A DNA stretch of 58,007 nucleotides, filler included, from Stramenopiles sp. TOSAG23-3 (lineage: Eukaryota): NCBI GenBank assembly GCA_900128585.1. It is 6 parts of 6 records of this genome, joined end to end, with 100 filler letters (N's around TTAATTAATTAA, not from the genome) between each part and the next. Parts side by side here need not be neighbours in the genome. Positions count along the whole stretch, not along the records: positions 34,795 to 52,059 come from LT642454.1; positions 52,160 to 54,042 come from LT645287.1; positions 54,143 to 56,025 come from LT645288.1; 3 more parts are not named here. One strand, written 5' to 3'. The notes under the pieces were generated by a model that was not told where the DNA came from, ran no database searches, and was given only the letters and a program-made list of their open reading frames with translations. A program made the translations under genes and the position numbers. The stretch's first letter is position 1. Each line of letters starts with the position of its first letter. Of this stretch, positions 44,084 to 54,144 are shown piece after piece.

Positions 44084-44796
44084 GTTGTAGAAAGAACGGG
44101 ACACTTATGCCGTCAATTAACCCTGTTGCCGTTCAACCGTGCGTTTAATCTACTTACATCCAATACGTACACATACGCTCTAGATACTTTTGTCTTGTGG
44201 CGATTTCATATATTTGATTGGTTTTGGATTTGGTGTCGGGTGGGAGGGGGGGGAGGGGTTGGCCTATTTAATTTCAATTTTATTTTGTTCTTCTTCTTCG
44301 TTTATTTATTTATAATAAATATTATTATATAAATTATTAGAGCTAAAAAATAATATTTAGACGACGACTAATAAATAACTAACGGTCTTTCCCTCATCAT
44401 CCTGCTGTGTGATCTAAATTATAAATAAATTATTTTATAATTGATTACACAGTATAATAGTCTAGTAGTATTAATATTAATACAACCAGGAGGTATTAAA
44501 AGGTGTTCTAATAATAATAATGAGTCTCACCACATAAGAAAATATTATTAATATAGTAATAATAATAGCGGTTATAATGTCACAATGTTTTAATGGAATG
44601 GGAGTCATCATCGTATTTGTTGTTTTTTATTTGGTTCTATTTGCCTCCTTGGTTTTTTATTATTTAATACTACTGTTGCTTTTATTTATTAGTTCGGTAG
44701 TTCTCTTACTTGCTCTGCATTATTCATTTTTATTTTACACAACAACCAACAACAATTTCATTCAGAGAGGAAGAATTATGGTAAGTGAAAAATGTG

Positions 44797-46011
44797 TTAC
44801 ATGAACTCTTCCATCATTCGATATTCCATTTCGCATTCATCGCTGCAGAATTCCAATCCTTCTTTGATTGGGTTTGTTTGGCAATTTGGACAAAGCGTCG
44901 AAGTTGGGGCAGTGGTAGGGGCATCACCACCCCTGGCACTGTTACTAATAATGGCCGGGGTGGTAGTGCTAGGAATTGCAGCGGCAGTACCATAGTCTAA
45001 GTTGGCTGCACTTTTTAACAGGTCGGGGTACAAATGAATGTTTGAATCGTGCGACGGGCTCCATTGGTTCGGTGTGCTATGAATGCCCATGCAATCGGGG
45101 ATCAGGCACGCTAAATCATACGGGCATCGTGGCAATGCAGTGGTGGTGGGAGGGACAGGGACAGGGGCAGGAGGGGCTGCATGCTGCGGGGTCACACCAC
45201 TATTTGGTTCCCCCGGACTCGTCGGTTTCCCCCTTTGTCGAACCATGTCCTCTACGAGTTCCTTCAAGGAACTTTGGAAAATCCCTTTGATTAATTTACC
45301 ACCCGTGATCGGCAAAACATTAAAAATCTGTTCCAAGTAGCCTTTGACCTGAGCGTTTTTCACCCCACTGATATCCGGCAGGCCCTCTTCTTCCAAGAGC
45401 GTCAGGACCTGTTTGATGGCATTTTCCATCGTCGGGTCACTTTCTAATACACTGGCAACAGCACTCTTGAACGACGTCTCCGCAACATTCACCGACGCGG
45501 CCGCAGCACGACTTTGTTCCGTCAACATGGGGTGGCCATAGTAGCAATCTTTTCTTTTGCAATCTGTGCCGTACCTGCATGGTTTGATAGGCTTCTTTTC
45601 CTTGGACGGGTGGTAAAAATAACACCCCTCACGCTTGCACTTGGGGTCAAATTTGCAAACCTTTGGCGTGTCTGTTTTCGTATTTCTTCCACCCTGCTTT
45701 TCCGAAAGCTCTTTAGGCCCCGTGGAAGGAGGTTTGCTCGTTTGCACCAACACGGCCAGTTTGTGAGGAAACGTTGGAGGCAAACATTTCGATTTTCCGT
45801 CGCCGTTTGGATCAACGACCATCGGCAAAGTGGATAAAACACGCCCAAGATACCCTTTCACTGTCTCGTCTTTCACAGCTTCAATGTTAAGGGCCTTTTT
45901 ATCGTCCAGCAAGGCAGCCACTTGTTGCAAGATACCCTTCGTGGACGCGTCAGCTTTTAGAACTTCTTGCACCGTGTGCAAGAACAAGGACTGATCAAAC
46001 GTTTCCGCCAT
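44797..46011 (-). CDS. CCCH (Nab2/ZC3H14-type spacing) zinc-finger protein with a duplicated helical domain and C-terminal C4 motif
   Basis: CKFDPKCKREGCYFYH, CRYGTDCKRKDCYYGH, CPYDLACLIPDCMGIH; CPNC-x11-CSDEC; ATG at 46011. Confidence 0.82.
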   Translation of the reverse strand: MAETFDQSLFLHTVQEVLKADASTKGILQQVAALLDDKKALNIEAVKDETVKGYLGRVLSTLPMVVDPNGDGKSKCLPPTFPHKLAVLVQTSKPPSTGPKELSEKQGGRNTKTDTPKVCKFDPKCKREGCYFYHPSKEKKPIKPCRYGTDCKRKDCYYGHPMLTEQSRAAAASVNVAETSFKSAVASVLESDPTMENAIKQVLTLLEEEGLPDISGVKNAQVKGYLEQIFNVLPITGGKLIKGIFQSSLKELVEDMVRQRGKPTSPGEPNSGVTPQHAAPPAPVPVPPTTTALPRCPYDLACLIPDCMGIHSTPNQWSPSHDSNIHLYPDLLKSAANLDYGTAAAIPSTTTPAIISNSARGGDAPTTAPTSTLCPNCQTNPIKEGLEFCSDECEMEYRMMEEFM

Positions 46012-46641
46012 CGTTATTCCCAACGTTCTCCTACTTAATGATCTATGAAGTCAGTAGAACTGCATATATCTTTCGTTGAAATCTTAATCTTTATGTCTTA
46101 TACGCACATCTCTTTCTATTCTTTTACATTGCTTGAAATATCAAATAATGCCTGAACGAAGAAGAAGAAGAATGAGAGATTATTATTTTTTTATATAAAT
46201 ATAATAATAATATAATATTTTATCCAATAATAATAATTATTTTATTAGAAGAAGAATAATAATAATCGAAGAAGAAGGTATTATTTTTTCTTCTTCTCTC
46301 TTGTCTTTCTTCTTTCTTCTTCTTCTTCTCCTCCGGTATTAATAATATTTTATTATTTTTTTAAAGACTCCTCATCATACTTTGCTACTCCCCATTTGCA
46401 TCCTCCAGCCTCCAGTCGTCGTCTATTTTTTTAATTTCCCAATTTTATTACAGTATTGGTTTTGTTCTTCCTAATACTTCTTTTCTTCTTCTTTTATTTC
46501 CTTCGATGATGGTTCCTCCGTAATGAATACCCAGGTATTAATACGGGTACCCATGATGATGTTATTTGCTATATACTGTACGACTAGTAATTATGAGACT
46601 CTCATTTTAACTCAATTACGATTTCAGTTCCAACCTATAGT

Positions 46642-46870
46642 AATTGGCTGTTATTTAAGTAATTAAAATTAATATATAACATACTGCGAAATGATCTCTA
46701 CTGTTGTGATTTTAGTAATCAATATACACCCTTGCCACTTAGTCCTGACTATCATTTTCATGTGTTCTCCATGCATGATCCGAATCAGTATGTTGAATTG
46801 CGTCGATGTCAGGAGACCCATAATCAACTTCCTCATTCGATGTCTCACTCATAGATGAATCATTCCTTGT
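46642..46870 (-). mobile_element. Longest subfamily B copy, with a 43-codon open frame (46739-46870)
   Basis: Homologous to 15478-15620 and 19933-20130; its 5' part is similar to 3133-3165. Confidence 0.8.
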
Positions 46871-46914
46871 GTGGTTTAGTATATAAATTATTGGTGAATT
46901 GTTGTAAATTTTAT

Positions 46915-48723
46915 TTATTTGATCTGGTATTCAATGCTAAAGTTTAACCGGTGTTCGTTTTGGATTCCACCGATTGACGAGGTGCTGCTGGCAGTGCCAC
47001 TCCCGTAATCCCTAACTTTTCCTTCAAAGGCACCTCCTTCTTCTTCCCCCACCATTTTCATCTTTGGGGCCCGTTGCCGCTCCTCAGTGTTCTCTTTGTC
47101 GTACGATTCAAACGTCTTGCTTCCTACAAACATTTGTTCCGACGAGTCTATCATATTGCTCGACACTCCCGCAAGCTCAGGTTCCAGCCCGTCTGCATGT
47201 TCGTTGAAGCAGATTTTGTCAAATGCATCAAAACCCTCCTCTTCCGTGTCGAAAAACACACTGGTGCTCTTCATGCTGCTCTCAAAATCGCTTGCTTTCC
47301 CTTCCCCACTTCGTGGCGGCGGCGGCGGCGGGCCAGGCGAGTCGCCCCTGTCGTCTGCAAGTTCGTCGTCACCCTGCCCAGAGTTAAGCACTTCTTCCAC
47401 GTGCATGGTCTCTTCGATCAAATTTCTCAGCTGCTGCACGGTGGGACGCTTGGACCCTTTGGACCGACCCTGACGAGGGTTTGGTTCGATCGGGCCGGGA
47501 GAACGCGGCGAGCTGGAGTGCGGCGCCAGCGCGGCCTTGGCCTCAAAAAACCGACCCTCTGATTCATTTGGTTTCGCTTCACTACTACTTGGTCTACCAT
47601 CATGCTGCGTCCTTCCTGGCGTTCGTTCGAGATTGGGCGCCAGCGTTCGATTCTGCGCCTTGAGTTTACCGCGGACCCTGGCGCCACGAACGTTGCCCTG
47701 CAACCCTAGCGATTTGCGACGTACGAACAACACCGATTGGTGAGTGTCTGGTTTTCTATCGGAAGTAGTGGCCCCTGGCTTTGCTTTTCGACTTTTCGGA
47801 ATGCCTATCTTATGGTCTCTGTTATCTTCTGACGTCTTGTATTTTCCGACCAAGGTCATGGTGGCCGACAAGTCCATCCCGATTTTGTTCGCCCAATTGC
47901 GGACGCACTTCAGACGAAACAATTTCTTCAAGGTCAAACGTTTCTTCAAGTCTCGATTCAACAGGCCGTTGAGTACAAGCCGAAGGTCGTGGGAGTAAAC
48001 ATCGTGCGGCGGGGGGGCATATTTACCGTGCAGGATCTTCATGATCAGAGCCGCATGGTTTTTCGCATCAAAAGGGTGTTTGAACGTCATAAGTTCGTAA
48101 AGAATGACGCCGAGCGCCCAGATGTCACTCAGTCGGTTGTAAGGTCTATTCTCGCACAATTCTGGGGACAGGTAATAGGGAGTTCCGACGAAACTTTCCG
48201 CGAACGCGTTCGTATTGTCGAGCCGTTTGGCGACGCCCAAGTCACCGATTTTCACGGAACCCCCTGTTCCCAAAAATATATTTGCACTTTTCAAGTCCCG
48301 GTGTATTACCTTCTTGTGGTGCATGTAAAAGAGCCCGCTTGCTATTTCCAGCAAGTACTTCCATACCTGGGGTTCTCGAAGGTAATTCCGAGAGTTAATG
48401 TGCACGTCGTCCAGGGTCGCCTTGTGCTTGCTCAACATCTGCTGCAAGTCACCGTGGGGGCAAAATTCCATTACTATATTGAGGAGGCCACTGTCAATGA
48501 AGGAATCGTAATACTTGCAAATGTGCGTGTGCTTCAGGGATGCCATGATATTGCACTCTGATATTGCCTCCCTCTGTTCCGACGTGGTCATATCATCGAC
48601 GCGTATCTGTTTCATTACATATTCTTTCTGATCTTTAAATCGTTTTACTTTGTACACTTCGCCAAACGAACCACGCCCCAAGAGCGCCAAATCTGTAAAA
48701 TCAGCGAGGGTGGATTTCGACAT
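46915..48723 (-). CDS. NIMA-related (NEK) Ser/Thr kinase
   Basis: LGRGSFG, YVMKQI, HRDLKSANIFL, IGDLGVAK, GTPYYLSPELCENRPYN..SDIWALG; disordered tail; ATG at 48723. Confidence 0.95.
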   Translation of the reverse strand: MSKSTLADFTDLALLGRGSFGEVYKVKRFKDQKEYVMKQIRVDDMTTSEQREAISECNIMASLKHTHICKYYDSFIDSGLLNIVMEFCPHGDLQQMLSKHKATLDDVHINSRNYLREPQVWKYLLEIASGLFYMHHKKVIHRDLKSANIFLGTGGSVKIGDLGVAKRLDNTNAFAESFVGTPYYLSPELCENRPYNRLSDIWALGVILYELMTFKHPFDAKNHAALIMKILHGKYAPPPHDVYSHDLRLVLNGLLNRDLKKRLTLKKLFRLKCVRNWANKIGMDLSATMTLVGKYKTSEDNRDHKIGIPKSRKAKPGATTSDRKPDTHQSVLFVRRKSLGLQGNVRGARVRGKLKAQNRTLAPNLERTPGRTQHDGRPSSSEAKPNESEGRFFEAKAALAPHSSSPRSPGPIEPNPRQGRSKGSKRPTVQQLRNLIEETMHVEEVLNSGQGDDELADDRGDSPGPPPPPPRSGEGKASDFESSMKSTSVFFDTEEEGFDAFDKICFNEHADGLEPELAGVSSNMIDSSEQMFVGSKTFESYDKENTEERQRAPKMKMVGEEEGGAFEGKVRDYGSGTASSTSSIGGIQNEHRLNFSIEYQIK

Positions 48724-49229
48724 TGGAACGGGAGGTCCCTTGGAACGAAAACAGTGCAAGGGGTCGGTCCGTTCGCCTCTTATGAATAGATTCCTTTGGA
48801 AGTTTTAGTAGTTTTGTTGATTCAAAAGTGTATTGTGCGAGTATTTGTTATCATTTTTGTGTATTATATGTCTTTTCAACTTACTTCATTTTCTTTGCTT
48901 GTGCGTGTCCCTTGTGTGGCTGTTTGCTGTGGCTGCGTATATGTACCTCTCCTCTGTCTGGTTTAAAAAACGTTACATTTTTTTTATTATTATTAAAAAA
49001 TATATTAATAAAAATATTTCAAAAAAAAACAGAAGAAGAAGCGAAGAATTTTTTATTATTATTATTATTTTAGTAACAAAACCCCTAATCTAAAATAACG
49101 CATTACCTATACTATACCTACATGTACGAGTACAAGATGCATAGACTACTAGTAATGTTTTTTTTTTACTTATTATTACTAGTCAATATATTCCCTTTTG
49201 CTTTTATTCCCTACAGCAGGATTGGCTGT

Positions 49230-52058
49230 TCACCCATAATAATCAAAAACTTGGTCGACTTCTATTCCAGCCCTATCACACGCGGAAATTGCCACCAGCA
49301 GCTCAGGGACATCTACAGTAACAGCAGAGTAGAGCAATTCTTCGCGTGGCGCGGTGTTCGGCAAGGAATCGTTGCACAGACGCCAGGTCGAGATATTTCT
49401 CATTGAAGAAATCCCCTTTGATTTTAGCATATCGACCATGTTTGGGGCATGGCCCGCTGCGTCCAGGTGGCTGTGAATTTTCATGGCAATGCGGTCGTTG
49501 CCATCCATGTCAATGATGGTGGCTTTCCCATTGCTATTGTAATGGGACAAATCGCACAGCATACGCGAGAAGTCCAGAAACACTGGGGCTTCTACGATTA
49601 CTATGTTCTTGCGGTGCAATGGAATGATTTTTGTGTTTTTATCGAAAGATTTGGGCCACTTGAACTCAGATTCTGTTGAAGACATCGAGAGATGGACAAG
49701 CCAGCGGGACTTTATCGCGCTTGTGTCGTAATCTTCCCCGAACGACCATAACACTGGCAGCGCCATGAGCTGGACCTGGGCCAGTACGAAACTCATAACA
49801 ATTCCAGGAACAAGGGCCGTGATAAACCCGCCGCTTGTGACAGTCCGCTGCAGGCCAAACTGCGACACACTATCGCTTAAAGTGTCCAGCATGATTTTAA
49901 AGTAAGTGGACATTGTCCCAATTAAATCGAATCTATACCACGGGGTGTTTTCTAGCCCAGAGGAAAAATCTTTTAAAATTTCGACTTGTAAATACTCGAG
50001 CACTTTGAATGCATTGAGAAGCATGGAGGAGGCCGACTTGCGGCTCAATCCAATTGCACGGACTGTAGGGTTGCTCGATTTTTCCAGAGCACGTTTCACT
50101 TTCATAGCAACCAATGTGCTGGTTGAAACTGGCTCATCGCTAATGTAAGTTAACGTAAAGGTGCGTTCCCCATAAAAGTAAACGGACAACGGGGTCAAAC
50201 CATAGGAGAAAATTCTATCAAGTGGTAGCTTGAGGTTTTCGAGGACAACGGCCCTTGCTTCCCCCCCGGAGGACCCTGCCCTCACAGTGCGGTGAAGCTC
50301 CCTTTTCACGATTTCTGTGACGTTTTTCCCACTATAAACTGCACTGACTACCTTTTGCACGCTGTAAATATTTCGAAATTCATTTTGGTGCATTGTGACA
50401 TGGCGAATGGGGGAATTCATCGACAAGATAGCCTCATCAAGCTCTTTGTGGGTTTGGTTTGACAAGCCCCAGCGGTCTTCTTCTAAACCTGTTATATTCC
50501 GAGAATCTTCGCGAGAAATACGTGCCTTTTGTGCATGTTTGTACAGTGTGGCAAGCTCTGGGACACCGTACCATTTTGCAAGAAGGCTCGCGCCCGTGCT
50601 CAAGGTAAAGCGGGAAGATCCCAAAAATGCTGCGAACAACGAAAACCATGGCGATATATCATCGTCGTACGTTTTGCAGTTTCTCCCCAACACCGAGTCA
50701 AAGGTTAATTCTGGCTTTTCCAAAACAATTGTATCAATGTGCCTGCTCATTTCAGCCCACGATTCTGGATCAATCTTACTTTGCAATTTGTCGGCAGCAG
50801 TTTTCACTAAATCCTTCCCAACAACGACGGTCGGTTCATCGGTTTGGACAGTCACAAGAGACGGTGGGAGTACATTTGAGAGGGCATCGACGATAGGCTC
50901 TGGAAACCCATGACAGAGCAAGTAATCATGGTTGACTAGGTTCGGGTTGTGTTCCAACAGCTTTGTGAGCTGCAGAGCCATTTTTTCAGTTTCAGCTATT
51001 GGTAAGTCCATAGCAGCTTCAGATTCCGAGCCGGTATTATTGTCCTCTGGACTTCCGAACAGTGCACTGAAAATTTTCATCGCTGCATTGACCCCCATCG
51101 CTTCCTCCATGGATGCCTTGCCCTTTCCCACCTTTGCTTTCAGCGCAAGGAAGCCATAAAACAATTCACTTGGAATAGCTTCAATCTGAAATTTTGTTGG
51201 CCGCACATATTTCGTCTGTTCCACCAGTTTAAGGCTAGCCTTCGCAATCCAGTCCGTGTACGACCGGATCATTTCTCGAACAGTCGGGACCATTGATGGC
51301 GAAGGTGCTATAATCGGTGCAATGGTGTTCCCCAACGATTCCAGCATTGGGGCAATACTCCCCAAAAATTTGCGACCGGCGCTAAGCAATTTGTTGGGAA
51401 ACTTTTCAATGGTGTTCTGAAAAGGCAGTCGGGGAAATGAAAGTGCACGGGGGGTTGACATTGTTGCGTTGGCATTTAGCGTTCCGTGCGCCAAGTTCGG
51501 GTGCAGAGGCGGTTTGAAGAAGCACATCATAACATCTACGGTTGGATCATCGCTTTGAACTTCAAACAGCATTGTGTGCTCAAGCGAGGTACAATTTGTA
51601 ATTATTTTACGCCAGTCGGCAAGGGATCGAAAGGCGCGTATCTCGTTGCACTCTTCGATGAAGGAGACACCTGTCAATGCGTTGAATACAATATGGGCGG
51701 CATCGATCATCGGCCAACCGGTCACCTCCAAATCGTGCTCACGCACTAGGAACACGCCGCCAGGCCGTAACATTCGCTCTACCTCTTGCAGGAAGGTCAC
51801 GAGAAACTGTGGATCGAGATGATGCAAGCCTTGCATCATTGTAACCATATCGGTGCACTCGCTGGGAATGAACGGGAATTTGCAGCGAGCGACATTGAAA
51901 TTGCACTCGAACATTTCTCCGACCGGAGTATTGCTTCCTGTTTCAACGGCCAGAATAACATCATCTTCCGCGACCGGCTCTTCGTGAATAACATACACTC
52001 TCCCATTTACTCGAAGGCGGCTTTGCAAGGAGCGAACGATTTTTCCACGATCACCGAT
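49230..52058 (-). CDS. Large protein with a class I SAM-methyltransferase domain, 5'-truncated by the contig end
   Basis: Frame open to the gap (IGDRGK); DMVTMMQGLHHL and ERMLRPGGVFLVREHD motifs; long unknown C-terminal region with a hydrophobic segment. Confidence 0.8.
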   Translation of the reverse strand: MGDRGKIVRSLQSRLRVNGRVYVIHEEPVAEDDVILAVETGSNTPVGEMFECNFNVARCKFPFIPSECTDMVTMMQGLHHLDPQFLVTFLQEVERMLRPGGVFLVREHDLEVTGWPMIDAAHIVFNALTGVSFIEECNEIRAFRSLADWRKIITNCTSLEHTMLFEVQSDDPTVDVMMCFFKPPLHPNLAHGTLNANATMSTPRALSFPRLPFQNTIEKFPNKLLSAGRKFLGSIAPMLESLGNTIAPIIAPSPSMVPTVREMIRSYTDWIAKASLKLVEQTKYVRPTKFQIEAIPSELFYGFLALKAKVGKGKASMEEAMGVNAAMKIFSALFGSPEDNNTGSESEAAMDLPIAETEKMALQLTKLLEHNPNLVNHDYLLCHGFPEPIVDALSNVLPPSLVTVQTDEPTVVVGKDLVKTAADKLQSKIDPESWAEMSRHIDTIVLEKPELTFDSVLGRNCKTYDDDISPWFSLFAAFLGSSRFTLSTGASLLAKWYGVPELATLYKHAQKARISREDSRNITGLEEDRWGLSNQTHKELDEAILSMNSPIRHVTMHQNEFRNIYSVQKVVSAVYSGKNVTEIVKRELHRTVRAGSSGGEARAVVLENLKLPLDRIFSYGLTPLSVYFYGERTFTLTYISDEPVSTSTLVAMKVKRALEKSSNPTVRAIGLSRKSASSMLLNAFKVLEYLQVEILKDFSSGLENTPWYRFDLIGTMSTYFKIMLDTLSDSVSQFGLQRTVTSGGFITALVPGIVMSFVLAQVQLMALPVLWSFGEDYDTSAIKSRWLVHLSMSSTESEFKWPKSFDKNTKIIPLHRKNIVIVEAPVFLDFSRMLCDLSHYNSNGKATIIDMDGNDRIAMKIHSHLDAAGHAPNMVDMLKSKGISSMRNISTWRLCNDSLPNTAPREELLYSAVTVDVPELLVAISACDRAGIEVDQVFDYYG

Positions 52059-52059
52059 G

Positions 52060-52159
52060 NNNNNNNNNNNNNNNNNNNNNNNNNNNNNNNNNNNNNNNNN
52101 NNNTTAATTAATTAANNNNNNNNNNNNNNNNNNNNNNNNNNNNNNNNNNNNNNNNNNNN
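52060..52159. other. Artificial contig spacer
   Basis: 44N-TTAATTAATTAA-44N. Confidence 0.97.
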
Positions 52160-52209
52160 AAATTTTTGCTATTTATATATTGTCGGAATTTTATTAAGTT
52201 GGGGTGGGG

Positions 52210-52506
52210 GTTTAAAATCAATAATTTGAACCCAAATTGAAACGGGAGGAAGCCGGGACTGCCCTTATCCTTCCCCTAATTTCCTGTACGAAATAAACGA
52301 GATTTGAAGTTTGTAATTTTTTACTTGTATATTACGTATATTACGCAATACGCAATACGCAATATACTTTTAATTTTTTTGGTGGTTTAATATCAATAAT
52401 TTGAACCCAAATTTAAACGGGAAGCAGCTGGCGAATTCTCCTTCCCTGTCCTAAATCCCTGTACGAAATAAACGGGATTTGAAGTTTGTATTTTTTTAAC
52501 TTGTAT
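52210..52506. repeat. Two ~120-bp direct repeats (52210-52330, 52385-52506)
   Basis: Shared ATCAATAATTTGAACCCAAATT.AAACGGGA and CCTGTACGAAATAAACG.GATTTGAAGTTTGTA blocks; (ATACGCA)n between them. Confidence 0.9.
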
Positions 52507-52753
52507 AACTGAGCTAACCCAAAAAAATCTGGATTGTTGGCCGAGTTCCAAAAAACCGGAACTGCTAAAAAAGTCGATTTGCAAATCAATTTGAAAAGGA
52601 ATAAGCGTACCACAGAACGAAAGGGAAACGCGACGCGGATCAGATAAAATTAAGTTCCAAAAAAAAGGAGGCCTTCTAGATTACGTACTTTTTATGAAAT
52701 ATGTTGTTTATTTCTGGGGGACGGAGGGGACGAGGGGGAAGGGGATTAGTATT

Positions 52754-53158
52754 TCATTCCGCCTTGGAGTTTAGTTTCAATTCCTTCCACTTAAGATAAT
52801 CATTATGCATTTCTTCACAAGAAAGCATAGTTTCGTGATGAGATCCTAATTCTCCAATGTTGTTTACTTCGAAATCAAAAACTTCTTGATACACCTGCAG
52901 TAAAAACTCCTTTGTAGAACTTCCATCCGGAAATTCTGGATGATCATCTGTAACTTGTTTCCATTTAGGCTGCTGCGACTTGTTGTATTCCTCGAGTTTA
53001 GTTTCTACTATATATTTATATGCGGAAAAACTTGGTAATGGAAAAAAATCTTTGATGTCCTTGCCGTCTCTTAAGGAAATTAGAGCCGTCTCCATTAGCA
53101 AACGACTGATTTCCAACTGAGCTTCGTTTTTATATTCTAGTTCTGCAATTTGTTCCAT
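52754..53158 (-). CDS. Orphan protein, 134 aa
   Basis: ATG ORF with protein-like composition in an AT-rich contig; divergent from the next ORF. Confidence 0.6.
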   Translation of the reverse strand: MEQIAELEYKNEAQLEISRLLMETALISLRDGKDIKDFFPLPSFSAYKYIVETKLEEYNKSQQPKWKQVTDDHPEFPDGSSTKEFLLQVYQEVFDFEVNNIGELGSHHETMLSCEEMHNDYLKWKELKLNSKAE

Positions 53159-53240
53159 CTTGCAATTAAATTCACTTTGAGATTGGGGAAAATCTAGATT
53201 TTTTTTCTCAATCTAAAAGGCTTTTAATTAAAGAAAGAGC

Positions 53241-53879
53241 ATGGATTATCGGGGCTACAGCGCGCTTGAACAGGTGCTTACGCACACGCGAGACACCGTC
53301 TTCAAAAAGCAGACGCTAGAACTCGAGAAACTGCAGCGCGAAAATTCTCGCCTTAATAACAGCTATCGCTCTTTGATAGAATACGTTGGCTACAATGAAA
53401 CACCACCGCACTATTGTCAAAAATGCGGCAGTTGGTTTCCTGGAGACGCCCACTTAACCTTCCATTTTTTCAAATTTTATTGTAAGTGGGAAAATGGAAG
53501 AGTATGGGTGCTGGAAAAGGTATTTTTATGTGAGGATTGCTTTAACGAATGGTGGATCGGAGATGATAACGGGCCCGAATGGTATTTAAAATTATGCACA
53601 AAATACAAGTTCTCTTATTGGTGCGAAGGTAACGATTATTCATGCGTTCGTCAATTTATTGAAGATAAAGACTTTTGGATCAACGAATTTGACGGCGTCA
53701 AACGCTTATTAACCTTCGACGAAGATCAAAAAGCTAAGCATCAAGCCGAGATTTATGTTCATGGTGAAGCCGATTGGCACAAAATGCACCACATTGCTGC
53801 TTACATCATTCAGCGTGCTTTTCGCTGCGGATGGGATCATCGCCGCGCCTGTGACGACCCGGACGAGGAAGACGAATAA
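53241..53879 (+). CDS. Orphan protein, 212 aa: coiled coil, CxxC...CxxC, IQ-like tail
   Basis: LELEKLQREN; CQKC and CEDC; AAYIIQRAFR. Confidence 0.65.
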   Translation: MDYRGYSALEQVLTHTRDTVFKKQTLELEKLQRENSRLNNSYRSLIEYVGYNETPPHYCQKCGSWFPGDAHLTFHFFKFYCKWENGRVWVLEKVFLCEDCFNEWWIGDDNGPEWYLKLCTKYKFSYWCEGNDYSCVRQFIEDKDFWINEFDGVKRLLTFDEDQKAKHQAEIYVHGEADWHKMHHIAAYIIQRAFRCGWDHRRACDDPDEEDE

Positions 53880-53926
53880 ATTACGGACCGACTTCTGGCT
53901 GACGAATTTTTTTTCCGGCGGGGTTG

Positions 53927-54042
53927 TGTAGGGATGTAGGATGTAGGGTTTTTTTTGGGGATATGGCAAAAAATATAAAAAAAAAACTTGTTTTTTGCGT
54001 TATGTAGGGATGTAGGATGTAGGGTTTTTTTGGGGGATGTGG
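53927..54042. repeat. Two 40-bp direct repeats built from TGTAGG(G)A units
   Basis: TGTAGGGATGTAGGATGTAGGGTTTTTTT.GGGGAT.TGG at 53927-53966 and 54003-54042. Confidence 0.92.
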
Positions 54043-54142
54043 NNNNNNNNNNNNNNNNNNNNNNNNNNNNNNNNNNNNNNNNNNNNTTAATTAATTAANN
54101 NNNNNNNNNNNNNNNNNNNNNNNNNNNNNNNNNNNNNNNNNN
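54043..54142. other. Artificial contig spacer
   Basis: 44N-TTAATTAATTAA-44N. Confidence 0.97.
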
Positions 54143-54144
54143 AA

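Noticed and set aside
46642-46870. Elements as Fanzor/TnpB remnants with a guide RNA at the end
   Set aside because: The residual peptides lack the zinc-finger and RuvC-III motifs expected at a Fanzor C-terminus.
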